Positions 48,053 through 59,912 of a DNA stretch of 64,000 nt are shown here, piece after piece. The position numbers and the translations under genes were made by a program. Location: contig CATNEN010000001.1 of the NCBI GenBank assembly GCA_950097015.1, positions 11,780,001 to 11,844,000 of the forward strand, written 5' to 3'. How positions within the stretch are numbered: position 1 is the first letter of the stretch; the number at the start of each line of letters is the position of its first letter. This stretch comes from Macrostomum hystrix (lineage: Eukaryota; Animalia; Platyhelminthes). Below the pieces are notes generated by a model, which did not search any database, had not been told where the DNA came from, and saw only the letters and a program-made list of their open reading frames with translations.

Positions 48053-49693
48053 ATGTTTCTGCCAGTAGACAAGTTCTTAAGCGAGAGCACAGTTCACTCG
48101 CTTGTGCACTTTACTGGTGACAGAAAGTTGTACATCAAGTTGATCTGGCTCGCTGCATTTACCGTGTCCTTCATTTTCTGCGGCATGAGAATCTCGGACG
48201 CCGTCACAAAGTTCTATGGTCGGGAAGTGTCCACAACGGTGAAAGAGAACGCCGTCGACTTCGAGTTTCCCGATCTGTACATCTGCAACGAGAACCCCAT
48301 ATCGGGAAGCTACTCAGTCTCACTCGCAGACCCGAACGCTCAGCTGCTCAACCAGTACAGACGACTCGTGAATGAGACTGTCTTGAAGTACGTCTCTCCA
48401 GTTGATTGGTTGGGCGAGTACGCAGTTCGACTCATCAACACTCTGCCCTATCAGTTCCTGTCTGACTTCATGGGACACCAGACTTGGCAGTCGATCATCG
48501 AGTTCAGCATCAACGGAGTCGACTCGCGAAGGAAGGTCGTGCTCCACAACAGCAATGTGTACCTGAACTGCTTCAAGCTGAACATGACGGACGCAGACCG
48601 AGCGAGCATGAGCGGACCAGCCAGTCGCATGCAAATCACTCTGTTCGCAGACAGTCAGGTGTCTCCTCCAGTGGACAACAGCACTCAGCAGGACATTATT
48701 GATGGAACGAACTTGAAGCCCGGCGACTGGGACTTCAACTTCGGCTTCGACTACACAAGGTCGATCGGTTTTCGAATCTTCTTCACGCCGAAAGGTGTTC
48801 TTCCGACCGAGTGGAGCTCGCAGATCGTGCTCGGAGGAGGTCAGCATCTTGATGTGGAGTTGTCATCCGAAACAGTTACGATGAAGCCGGAAGACTTTGT
48901 CGGGCAGTGCATCGACATTGACAGCTCGGTGGGAGTGGACTATGTGAACCCGTACTCAGGTGAGAAGGAGACATTCAGATACGGTCAGTACGCCTGTCTG
49001 CACAGAGAAGTCGCTCGGATGTCGAAGGAGGTTCTGAACTGCTCGATTTTGAGACAGCCGATGCCCTGGGAGTTTCGCGATCTGCCATCGTGCTTCAACA
49101 TGACGGCCGTCCAGAACCAGAGCGTCACCGTGTCGGGCTTTGAGGCACTCAGGAGAAACATAACAAACGCAGCGGTTAACAATTGTCGCGATAAGGTCCC
49201 GTGTCGACGAAATTTCTATTCTTTTCAGCAGTTCTCGACAAGCTGGCCTTCAGAGCGAATCTATGATGAGTACCTGCTCGGATTTGCCAGCTACATGCTG
49301 GTCGATTCGCGAGTCACAAGCGACGCCAAGCATCTGCCTGGACTTCAGTTCCTGAATAGTTACGCATCGACTAGTCAGGCCAAGGAGATGCTGGCGCAAA
49401 TCTCTGTGTCACCAGAAGATGAGAAATGTACTGAGACCCAGCTGACTATCTCCTACACTTTCAATTCATTGATCGCAGATGTTGGAGGTCTGCTCGGTCT
49501 GTTTCTGGGCATGTCTCTGCTGTCAGCCTTGGAACTCGTGGAGCTGGTGCACGACTGCATTTTCAATGCGCACTACCGCTGGAAGGCTCGCCAGCAGACG
49601 GATGTCGACAAGAATCCTTCGGATGCTAATGATCTCGAAGGTTTGAAGAAATCAGTTTGGTTTTCTTCAACCATGCCCGATGTGGCTTTGTGA
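48053..49693 (+). CDS. DEG/ENaC (amiloride-sensitive sodium channel family) subunit, intronless CDS, 546 aa
   Basis: TM1 (LIWLAAFTVSFIFCG), FPDLYICNENP post-M1 motif, Cys-rich thumb, and TM2 LIADVGGLLGLFLGMSLLSALELVE with a GxS filter. Confidence 0.93.
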   Translation: MFLPVDKFLSESTVHSLVHFTGDRKLYIKLIWLAAFTVSFIFCGMRISDAVTKFYGREVSTTVKENAVDFEFPDLYICNENPISGSYSVSLADPNAQLLNQYRRLVNETVLKYVSPVDWLGEYAVRLINTLPYQFLSDFMGHQTWQSIIEFSINGVDSRRKVVLHNSNVYLNCFKLNMTDADRASMSGPASRMQITLFADSQVSPPVDNSTQQDIIDGTNLKPGDWDFNFGFDYTRSIGFRIFFTPKGVLPTEWSSQIVLGGGQHLDVELSSETVTMKPEDFVGQCIDIDSSVGVDYVNPYSGEKETFRYGQYACLHREVARMSKEVLNCSILRQPMPWEFRDLPSCFNMTAVQNQSVTVSGFEALRRNITNAAVNNCRDKVPCRRNFYSFQQFSTSWPSERIYDEYLLGFASYMLVDSRVTSDAKHLPGLQFLNSYASTSQAKEMLAQISVSPEDEKCTETQLTISYTFNSLIADVGGLLGLFLGMSLLSALELVELVHDCIFNAHYRWKARQQTDVDKNPSDANDLEGLKKSVWFSSTMPDVAL

Positions 49694-50006
49694 CCGCCTC
49701 AAGTTGCAAAACGAATGGGAAGCTAAAATCAAGGTCGCAACCCATAGGCCCATGGACTGAACAGTTGTCGGGCACTTTTGTGTATTCATCTGTCTTTGCT
49801 ACAACTGGGCTTAATTCCTATCGAGCTGTAAGATATTCCCGTAAACTTGAAGTTTCTTATCTCAGCAAAAAGGATTCTGTACATTTATTTGGCGCTAATC
49901 AGAGGCTAATAGGGTATCTCATTGCCTGTTGACTTCATCTTTGTTGAAATGTAACTTTTCGGAGATGTACTTTTTTAAGTCCTCCATTTCACACTTCGAA
50001 TTGTCT

Positions 50007-50352
50007 ATAATAATATTTGTAGCAATGACATTATTTGGTGACATAAGACACGCAGCCAGCGAGGAGGCAATTCTGCCCATTTCGCTGACTCCTGAGCACA
50101 CACGCACACAGATACCGTACGTAGGCACACGCTCACACAGGTGTGTACATCTGCCCTGATTTTCTCATCGTCAGGCAGTGTACACTCTAACTGAGCCTTG
50201 GAGGTTGGCCCTCAATGGCGAAAATTTAACAATATGCCCCCCAAGCCTTCTATCCGCTGCTGCACCCAAAGTGAATGTGGCCTCGCCGCGGAATCGAGCT
50301 CAGGGACCTTGATGCGAAAGGCAAACACGTTACGAGTGGACCGCTCTGTTAC
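50007..50352 (-). mobile_element. tRNA-derived SINE, copy 2
   Basis: High similarity to 6790-7130 (GCAGCCAGCGAGGAGGCAATTCTGCCCATT... and GGAATCGAGC B-box complement). Confidence 0.85.
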
Positions 50353-52025
50353 TCACACTGTATTAATAGAAAAAGCACTAGATTCACATATTTTTAGCTT
50401 CTGGCTCCACCGAAAACTCGAAATCTGTGATCAGAAAAGCTGTTTCGTTTCTGAGTTAAATAATATACGGATTGTTAGTTTAAATTTCGACCGGTAAAAA
50501 CAATGGAGAAGAGAGTGCAAATATTGAATGCATGAACAATCATAAACTCTAGTTTCTGTAGCTTTCCACTTTGAGTTCACAAAAGCTTTTTAGAATATAA
50601 ATAAGCAGCTATAGCCTTAACTAGACCTCGTCAAGTGGTTTTTGGCCTGATTAGCATGGCCACTGTCTTGTCACTTTTACTGCTTTTGCTTGCAACGAGA
50701 CAATATTTGTTTCAAGAAAATTTACCTCCAATTCATTGCTGCTCCGAGCTGGTTGAAAAAACCTCCATTCAGAATTTGCACGCGGATCGGAGCTGGGAGA
50801 GAATGCAAGAAAGTCGAATTTGGAATAAACAATAAGTTATCAGTAATTCATAGCAGCTCTCTTTGCAGTGTTTGCACTGTTGAAGTCTGAGTTGTGCATT
50901 GTCGGAGATGCAGCTAGAGTTTGCTGAATGCTCAGGCCTAGAGAATTGTTAGTTGAGCCCGCAAGTGCTCTTGTGTATAGAAGTATTCCTACGGATCCTG
51001 TGGCAAATTGGAATTTTGATACTCAGAACTACTTTGAGCTATGTGCTTTTTACTCGTACATCTTAACGGGTTTAGCCGCAACAGCTTGCTAACTTCCATG
51101 CATTCCAAATTATGGACTGCCCAAAAGGACTTCGTATGAGGTTTCAAATGAGACAGACACCATAAGAGTCTCTTGAAGTCTTAAAAATCGGTATGCAAAC
51201 TGTAAATTTTGCAGTCAAACCAGTTGTCTTGACGACAATAGTTCATTGCCATTGTCAGAAAAAAAGATTTGTTCCTATTCTCCCGGCATAAGCTCTTTGA
51301 TTTGTGAATAAGTCAAGCTGATTCACAAATATGGTAAAGAGTTAATAAGAACTTATTTCATGGGGCCAAATAATTGTATCGAGGCCAGCAACAGCAGCAG
51401 CCGTTCGTAAGAAGGCGACGGCGTCACCAGCTATAATGCGTGGGACAAATCAGAACTGATGACACAATGAGGGACGCTGCTACAATTTTCTAAGAGTTTT
51501 TTGAATTTCTGAGTCAGTTTCTGAGTAACTGCAGTTACACCCATGGATGTCTGATGTCAGCGCCAGAGGGAAGCAGGTAGAAAGATTTGGCGGGCAAGTA
51601 GGCGCGGGTAGGTAAACCATTGCGTGTGAGCATCGTCACTTTGAGTTCCACATTTCTGAAGCGACTCAGCTTTGAGCATAGTAAACTCATCCGAAGCCTC
51701 ATAATCAGCTCTGCAGCGTATAGTCCACATCTTAACTGTCAAGGCCTAAATTGTAATTAATGCAGAAAAAATAACGCAAACGACTGCACGTCTATCTCAG
51801 GCTGGTCTCCTAGATTCTGGTCTGGCTTGATGAAAGACGAAGAACGACTGTTTCCTATAGCTAAAAGGAACACTTTTAGCGCAACTTCTAGGGTTTGACG
51901 CTGTCGGGCTTGTAGCGTGGTGAAAAACGATTAGATACGAGTAATACACAAAAAACTTAACTTAAACACAACTTAACTTAACTTAAACACAACTTAACTT
52001 AACTTAACAACTTAATTATACTGGA

Positions 52026-52257
52026 AAGATGAGACAGAGTATAGATGAGACAGGGCAGAGGTGAGACACGAGAACTGATACACAGGAAAGATGAGACACG
52101 GGAGAGATGAGACACGGGAGAGATGAGACACGGGAGAGATGAGACACGGGAGAGATGAGACACGGGAGAGATGAGACACGGGAGAGATGAGACAGGGCAG
52201 AGGTGAGACACGAGAGCTGATACACGGGAAAGATGAGACCCGGGAGAGAATGAGATA
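52026..52257. repeat. 16-bp minisatellite (ATGAGACACGGGAGAG), preceded by TTAAC-rich repeats at 51955-52015
   Basis: Tandem copies read directly. Confidence 0.9.
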
Positions 52258-52468
52258 CAATAGAGTTAACACCAGGTGGAGTAGATATTTAAAGGGTCCG
52301 AATTTAGGAGCTTCGAGGGCCGCATCTGGCCCGCGGGCGGGAGTTTTCCTTCACCGCGCTACTCAACAAAAAGAAATTGTTCGAAAGCGTAGTTCACGTA
52401 CGCAGTTGTCCAGTTTATTTTATTTATTTCTTGTGTCCATGCTTATTAAGTTATAGGTTTGTCATCGC

Positions 52469-52702
52469 TCAACCACCGCACGGTCCATCGAATCGCTGGC
52501 TCCTCTTCGCATTGGCGGAGCCCCAGATCTTGTTGCACAACGACATCGGCTGTGGCTCGGCCCTGCGGCTATCCCGACTGCGGACATCGAGCAGCTCAGA
52601 AAGCGAGTGCCGCCTGGGCCTGTCGACTGCCACCGACGAAGCCAAGCTGACGATCAGAGCGGCAGCAATGAGAACTCGCCAGAATCGTCGATCGCCTGTC
52701 AT
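52469..52702 (-). CDS. Small secreted protein / peptide-precursor-like, 77 aa
   Basis: Signal peptide (FWRVLIAAALIVSLASSVA), RR/RR/KR dibasic sites, two Cys. AAAAATG start context, TATATAA ~85 bp upstream, AATAAA ~50 bp downstream of the stop, GC-rich island. Confidence 0.6.
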   Translation of the reverse strand: MTGDRRFWRVLIAAALIVSLASSVAVDRPRRHSLSELLDVRSRDSRRAEPQPMSLCNKIWGSANAKRSQRFDGPCGG

Positions 52703-53579
52703 TTTTGGTGGACGATTTGCTGGACTAAGAAATCGGTCGGATGAAACTAGATTGAAGTTCTAAGACCAAGGAACACTGAATCTTATATATACAATGCCTG
52801 GCAGGTGATATTGAGTGCCATAGCTTGGCTAAATCCTCTGATTCACTAATATCCTATGAGATTTCCTGTTTGCACTGTCTTCTGCCGCCGTGTGCATGAT
52901 CTCTTCTCGAGAGATGAGGTGAAAAAAGTCGAATTGTCTTTGAAGTCCAAGCCGAGCCGAAAAGTTGCTCCTCTAGGCAGATCATTGTTTGCGTTAGGTT
53001 TTCAACTGAAGACTTTTCAAGGAAAAGACTTGAAAAATAGGCAAATTTTTTGAAAGTTAATTTTACTCTTATTGAGAATTTTAAGTGTTTTTGCGAGGAT
53101 CAACTGCAACCTATTTTTTAACTGTTACAGTTGGCACAGGTGTTTATGCCATTGGTATATCTCACGAGTACCATTAGGAGTAGAAGAACAGGAAACCACG
53201 TGTCGTGGAAAAAGTTAAAGAGGCTGGTTTTCGTCGAAAAATGCATACTATACGTAGAAAGGAGATTTTTGCATTTTCTTCACATTTGGTGTCTGTTTTT
53301 GGTTTGAGGCGGGTCGCAAGCTCATCGTGTGATATTTCGAGCAAGTGTCCATATTCATACCAGCTAGCTTCATCTATGTCTGTCGACCTCTATTTGTGAA
53401 AACATCGATTTAATGTTCTTTTTTCACCACATGTCCTCCCCAGTGCCTAAAAGTACAGTTAGTTCTGGGAAAAATATTTTTCTCTCGGAAACAAGAATTG
53501 ATTTTCTTGACTTTTAATGCAGATGGATCTGCATCAAAGTACTTGTACTTTTTGCTATTTTACATAGTAGTGAATTAAC

Positions 53580-53943
53580 AATAATATTAATTGAAGGAGG
53601 GCTGCGGGCAATGGCCCATCATTTGGTGACACTAGACACGCAGTCAGCGAAGAGGCAGTTCTGCCCATTCTGCTGACTGCATGCACTCACACAGATACTG
53701 TACGCATCACACACTCACACAGACACAGGGTGTCCATCTGCCCTGACTTTCTCATCGTCAGGCTGTGTACACTCTCACTGGGCCTTGCATGATGGCCCCT
53801 CAAAGGCGTAAATTGCACGACAAGCCTCCATGCAAGCCTTCTATCCGCTGCTGCGCCCCAAATGAATGTGGCCTCGCCGCGGAATCGAGCTCAGGACCTT
53901 GATGCGAAAGGCAAACGCGTCAGACCGCTCTGCCACTGACCCT
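53580..53943 (-). mobile_element. tRNA-derived SINE, copy 3 (more diverged)
   Basis: Homologous to copy 1 from GAGGGCTGCGGGCAATG to CCGCTCTGCCACTGACCC. Confidence 0.85.
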
Positions 53944-54125
53944 TCACGCAGTAGTGTAACTGTGAGTGTTTTTAACATTGTCATTGTGAATCACAATAAT
54001 CAAATCAAATAAATGGCGGTAACAAACGGACTGGTGACAAAAAATATCTGAAAATAAAGTATGCAACTCTGATAAAATATGTAACACTAAATTAAAGATT
54101 TTTGGACGAGACATTTTTACCAGCC

Positions 54126-54547
54126 TCAGTTGTTGCCAGGCAAGATCAGAGACCCACCGAACAACTCAACCTCGCATAGACTAAACAGTTCGCCAGTTTG
54201 AATCACAATCCTGACTCGACTGCCGAAGCCGAAGCAGGCGAGCTGCAGGATCGAGAAACTCACAGTGGAGTCGTGTCTGGCGCACTCTACTCCGTCCACT
54301 AGCACAATGAACTTGTTGAGTCTCTCTGAGCAGCATTCAGCTCTGTTGTAGATGCGGATTGAAGATACGTACACTGCTTGAGTCAGCTCAGCCTGCCACC
54401 ATTGTTCTGTGCCGATGTCCGTGTGCGTGCAGGAACCAGCAAAGAAATGCTGATCCCTGTTACCATCGAAGGCCCGGCTGCAGACACCCCCATATAATGT
54501 CGAAACTTGACTGCATCTGCTGATTTTGAGCGCAGATTCTTGAACGC
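54126..54547 (-). CDS. Secreted PAN/apple-like + F-type lectin protein, exon 2 (fucolectin domain)
   Basis: Spliced frame reads ...CSRAFDGNRDQHFFAGSCTHTDIGTEQWWQAEL...IYNRAECCSERL...LCEVELFG, matching the F-type lectin H-X26-R-X-(D/E)-X4-R motif. The acceptor is AAG. Confidence 0.85.
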
Positions 54548-54635
54548 CTTTGTGTAAATATTTTTACATAACTTTAAAATAAATATAGTTCTAAGAATTC
54601 GAATTTCATGTAGACAGTTAATTTAATCTTCATAC

Positions 54636-54969
54636 CAATGTTTTGAATGACGTAGACATTTCTCGGCTCTTGAGTAGCCAACCAGTAGGCCTTTGTCAGG
54701 AATGCAGTTGCGTTGAACAGCCGGCAGCTGGCTTCTCTCGCCAGGCTGTAGAACCCGAAGCAAGGCCAGCTAGCCTGAGCTCGGCACAGCATTGAGCACA
54801 GAAGCTCATTGCCCGTCATGGGAACCGATGAGAAATGGGCTGGAACGAACCAGCTGGAAGAGTTGGTCAAGCTGAAGACGCGATGATTGGTACAGGTGCC
54901 GCAGGCGGAAATCTCAACGGCCAGAAGAATTACTAGCCTCTTAAACCACTTCATCAGCGAGATTTGCAT
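54636..54969 (-). CDS. Same gene, exon 1 (signal peptide + PAN/apple-like Cys pattern)
   Basis: Hydrophobic leader, CSMLC...CFGF...CRLF pattern. G|GTATG donor in phase 1 matches exon 2; the intron is 88 bp. Confidence 0.75.
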
Positions 54970-55683
54970 GGCTATTTCGTTAGAACGAGTGTACCGGCCT
55001 TCTCTAGCTTTGGCAATGATGAACTAGAACTGAATCAGCTTCATTTTTGTATAAAATATAAATCTATAAAATATCCACAGTAAGCCAAAATTCAGGCGTG
55101 CGATTCAGCCGGGGCTAGCTGAAAGATTATGTCGATAATGGGCATCTAAAACAATATTTTCTGCTAAAAGCTACATGAATATTTCATTAGCAGGACAGCA
55201 CGCAATGTGTCTGGTTTTTCTCTTTTTTAATGTTGAAAATATAGAAATTAAAGTTTTTCAATTCCATAATACGAGCTAATACTCTAACGTAGGTTTGTAC
55301 GGGTGGGCGTGAGTTTTATGAGCATAACGTGAGTAGATGTCATTTTTTAAGCAGCATTTTTGACAGACGTTTCATCACTAGATTGCTGGCATCTAGAGAA
55401 ATATAGTTTTATTGATTTTATTGCAGTACTACAAGACAACACTCGATGGTAAGATCGCAATGGGCCAGTAACCAGCTAGCTTATAAAGAGTTCTTTCTTT
55501 CGGTTCCTCTACTAAGTCTTCTGTGTGTCTCCTGGTTCATTGTGGCTTGATCGGTTTTCTGTTGATAACGAATCAGATTGCTCAACGCTATAATGGGCCC
55601 TCCTGAAGGGCGTCTTCCAATCCTATTGAAATTTATCCTTTCATAAATAAACAAGGAGACCTCTTCAAAGTTATCTAAGATAT

Positions 55684-57812
55684 CTAAGGCCCGGTTTTGG
55701 GTTTAACATTGGCTATTCCGAATTTAATCGAATACAGCGGACGATATCCGCATTTACCAATGGTCACTAGCATTGGTAAGCCCAATGTACAAGAAGGGGT
55801 CTCGCAGTGATCCGAAAAACTACAGACCAATAAGCGTCCTGCCAGCCATCGCGAGACTGTTTGCATCAATTATTTACGATAAATTAGAAGCACACATCAC
55901 AGCCCTGAACTTGCTATCGGCTAGTCAAATAGGAAACAGAAAAGACTGCCGGACTTCCGATCACATTGCAACCCTATTGACATTAGTTCATAAAAAGAAG
56001 AAAAAGAAAAGACCTTTCCATCTAGTTTTCTTTGATTTAAAAAGCGCCTTTGACATGGTTCACCACCCAACCCTGGTCACACGATTAAAGCAGTTAGGCG
56101 TGAACCCAGCAATAATAAGTACCATTGAGAGTATGTACTCAAGCGCGAAATTTCACCTCAAGGTGTCAGAAGGCACAGCTACTGAGGCGTGTCGAATCAC
56201 TAATGGCGTCAGGCAAGGATGCCCCCTATCTCCACTGCTATTCTCCCTATACATCGACCCGCTAAGCACAATCCTAAAAAACTCCTTTCAAAGCCATACC
56301 TCCATATTGAATGAAGAAGTAAACAACCTGCTTTATTGTGACGATTTAGTCATTTTTGGTGAAGACCTGACAGAATTACAAAAAGGCCTCGACAAAGTAG
56401 CAGATTTTTGCAATACTCATAAATTAGAAATAAACACTGAGAAGACAAAGCTTCTGAGCTGCAATCTCCACTCAAGGGCAACACATAGACTGTTTTTACA
56501 TGGTCAACTGGTTGAACCCGTACAGCAGTGGAAATGTCTTGGGTTTCAAATGAACGTGAAGGGTACAATAGATACTCATGCCAAAGAAATAGGTAAAAAA
56601 AGTGGATATCCAATAATGCTTCTGAGAAAGTTGGCGGGATTTCAGAGAGTAAAACACAAACAGCTCATCCTGTTTAGCACAACTATGATTGAAAGCATAG
56701 TTCTCTATGCATCAGAGGCCTGGGGAGCCTTTGTCTCCTGGAAACTGGGTACTTGGGATCGGAACCTTGTAGAGAGAATTGATTTTAGAATCTGCAAGTC
56801 GATTCTGCAAGTTAGTCCAAACACTGACAGCAATGGTGCTCGGTCCGAATTAGGAAGACTACCACTATTATATAGTATTCAAAAAGGAAGCCTTCAATAC
56901 TGGTCCTCAGTTCGGAGCCGACCAGACTCCATCATCGCGAAATTGGTGGCAGATACAGAATACAGCGATGTTGGCAATGGGGAAAAATGAATAGTGAAGT
57001 AATGCGGAATTGTCAACAGACTAGAAAAACAAAGTCCATCAAAACGCACAGAGAGAACTTTGAGTCAGAGTTTCGAAGGCACTGGACTCAGAGGATGGGA
57101 AAATCAGCCAAGCTCAGCCACTTCTATTACACGTTTAAGAAAGATTTCTCCCGAGAAAAGTACCTAACAATAATCTCTAACCCAGAACAAAGGCGCACAA
57201 TGTCCCGATTTCGTCTAGGAAACCACAAACTGGCCTGTGAGACATTGCGCACTGTAAGACCGAAAATCGCCTATGAAAACAGAACACGTCCAAAATGTAT
57301 AGAGTCGAGGTAGAGAACGAAACTCATATTCTCTTCTGATGCGATTGGTCCGTTTATGTTCCAATTAGAAATAAATTCATAGAGAAAGTGGCAGGTACTG
57401 TTCGAAATTTCGAAAGCCTAACAGCTGATGACAAAATTGTGTATTTAATGACACAGGAAAGCACAGAATTTACAGAAAGTTTTGTGGACTTCATAGAAAG
57501 CATACTTAAAGCTAGATAAAAAGCCACTGCCCTGAGGCCCATAGTTAGAATGCGAAAACACAATAGCTATTCTCCTTTCGGTCAGTTTTAATTTTCTCTT
57601 TAAATTTCAATATTTCATTTTTTGTTTTAATGCCTTTGTTTATTTCAAAAATTAGTTTTTTTCAAATATTTTATTAACCTAAAATTACGCATGCTACTGT
57701 TTTCCTATCGCCTTCTCTTTAAAAAATCGATTTTTTTAACCTCAAACATAAAATAAACAAAAAATCAGCACCCAATCGGCGTGCGCACCTCAATAATAAT
57801 AATAATAATAAT
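55684..57812 (+). mobile_element. 5'-truncated, frameshifted non-LTR retrotransposon (LINE, APE-type clade) with reverse transcriptase
   Basis: ORF 55773-56990 has PMYKKG..NYRPISVL, FFDLKSAFD, GVRQGCPLSPLLF and YCDD. Frameshifted continuation 56987-57519 has RFRLGNHKL and a broken C..ENETH...C knuckle. (AAT)7 tail at 57792-57812. Confidence 0.92.
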
Positions 57813-59912
57813 TTATATATGCACGCAATGTTCCCGAAACACATGACTGCTTCTTAAAAAGGCGTATGAGCCCTTATGACTCATACGCAAAGATAGTTAT
57901 TACAGCTTTAGATTGCCCCTGTGCTATTACTTTAAGTAGCACGTTGATACTACTATACAGTTTTACTATTTTAGACTCTACATTTGTAGGCTTGATATTG
58001 CTGGCTTGATAATCTGCGAACGGAAAGTTCGAACAAATGAGCTTGTAGACCAGTGCTTAGAGCTTCGGATTGATGGTTCGGGAAAGTTCTGAAATATCTT
58101 TCTGATAAATCCGGGAGTTCGAAAGCAAACTCAAGAAAGACAATTTGTGGCGAATAAGTTGACTAAAATATGCGAAAATTTATTTTCGTTTATCAAAAAA
58201 GCTAGGTTACTGCAGAGAACGGTCAGTCCAATGGCCATTAAGCGTGAGCTATCTGCCCATTTATAGTTTTTTTATAGTCGCCACTTTCACTATCACCTTC
58301 TACACCATTTCGGTTCATCCGCGAATGCCATACATTCGCTTTTGTTGTTTTCAAAGTGCAAATCGATTAATAAAGCGATAATAAATAATAATAAAAAGGT
58401 TTCTGGTGCTCGGGTTACAAAATATAAATAGCTGAATATTTTTAGTAAATATGGGTATAAGTTAGGGCAAAAGTTCACTGCATCCGATGTGCGCCATGGC
58501 GATCATGCACAGGGCGGCGCACTTGCACCATTGCAGCTGATGCAGACGACTCAGCTGCCGCATCAGGGTGTCTCTGTCTGCAGACATTGATCGCGAGCAC
58601 AATGGTGTACCAAGTTGTACACGATTTCGAACTTCCCTATTTAAAGACTACAACTTTCTACAAGTCTGTCCCCTGCTCACTTTGGGTGACCAGCGCTGCT
58701 TATGTCTCTTTAATATTTCTCTTTACTAATGCTCAGTTGAAGTATAGCAAGCAAATATTCAGCAGGAAAAACTTTTTTCGCAGACATCAAATTTGCCGCT
58801 TTGACGCATTATTTGTCCAAGAGTTTTTTTTTGGGATGATGGTCGCCCTTAGCTGAAGATTTGTGGTTCTTGGGTTAATAATTTGAGCGTTTGTTTTATG
58901 GGTCATGGGTGAAAATTTGTGGACCGATTTCATCCATGATATTGTAGACACTGGATTATGGGTTATAATGAAAGATTTTATAAATAGGGCGGTGCCCTCT
59001 TAATCTTTCTTTAACTATCGATCGTTATCGATGTCCTTTTTTTAAGTTTTAGCTTTTCGATTGAACCTTGGATTTCATGAGGTCGCTTTTCTCCCTCAAT
59101 CAACTGCTCATTGTACCAGCTCACAGACCTCTTCGAAATGTTCTTGGCTAAGACACTGCATGGCAGCCCCAGACTTGGCGGGTGTCTATCGACGCGGCGA
59201 TGTTGTCGCGCCTCTGCGTTGCTTGATTGGTTAGTAAGACGCATTTAGCAGCCTTGAAGAGTTATAATTTCGAGATGGCAATTTGTTGTAACTTAATTAA
59301 TTAATTAAATTTAATTTCATTAATGTAAATTAATTACTTGTAATTACTCGTAGATGGCTAAAATGGCCGTATTGAAAAATAAATATGCATACTGAGATAA
59401 CTAGGACATGTATATTTTCTATCTTGAGTAGTCAAAATCTGAAAAAAAAATAAAACAATCCATTTCACAGAAAGATAATATCAATTAAACTGTTAAAATG
59501 AATACAAGAATAATGTTAGAGTTACTAGTGTTACAACTTTGGTGATGGAATTCGACTGTAGAAAGTTTAGCCCTACAACAATTATTCTCAAAGATTATTA
59601 TGACAACATGCATGGTTTATCCGCAACTTATAAGTAGGGCTAAGAAGTTTATGAAAAGTGAAAGTAAAATAATTACTCTAAAAGCAGCTCTTCTTGAAAA
59701 AACACAGCCAACCTAAATTTCAATAGACATAACACGCTAAGCATAGATTACGAGTACTGGGAACTATTGAGTAAAACAATTTGGCTGCCCGATGGGTGAG
59801 CAAAATTAGTCCGAGATATCGGAACCAAAGCATTTCAACAACTCAGACAGCCAAACAGCTAAATCAACGCTGGAATTCATGCTGTCTATGGAGTCATTCT
59901 GTAGCAATGAGC

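Noticed and set aside
50635-50990. Short ORFs with a hydrophobic N-terminus (possible secreted-protein pseudogene)
   Set aside because: No recognisable domain or consistent splice structure.
52300-52360. GGGCCGCATCTGGCCCGCGGGC, resembling hAT/Charlie subterminal sequence
   Set aside because: I could not identify a matching TIR or 8-bp TSD at the other end.
58477-58570. GC-rich segment with short hairpins
   Set aside because: Short imperfect stems with no recognisable RNA family or second copy.
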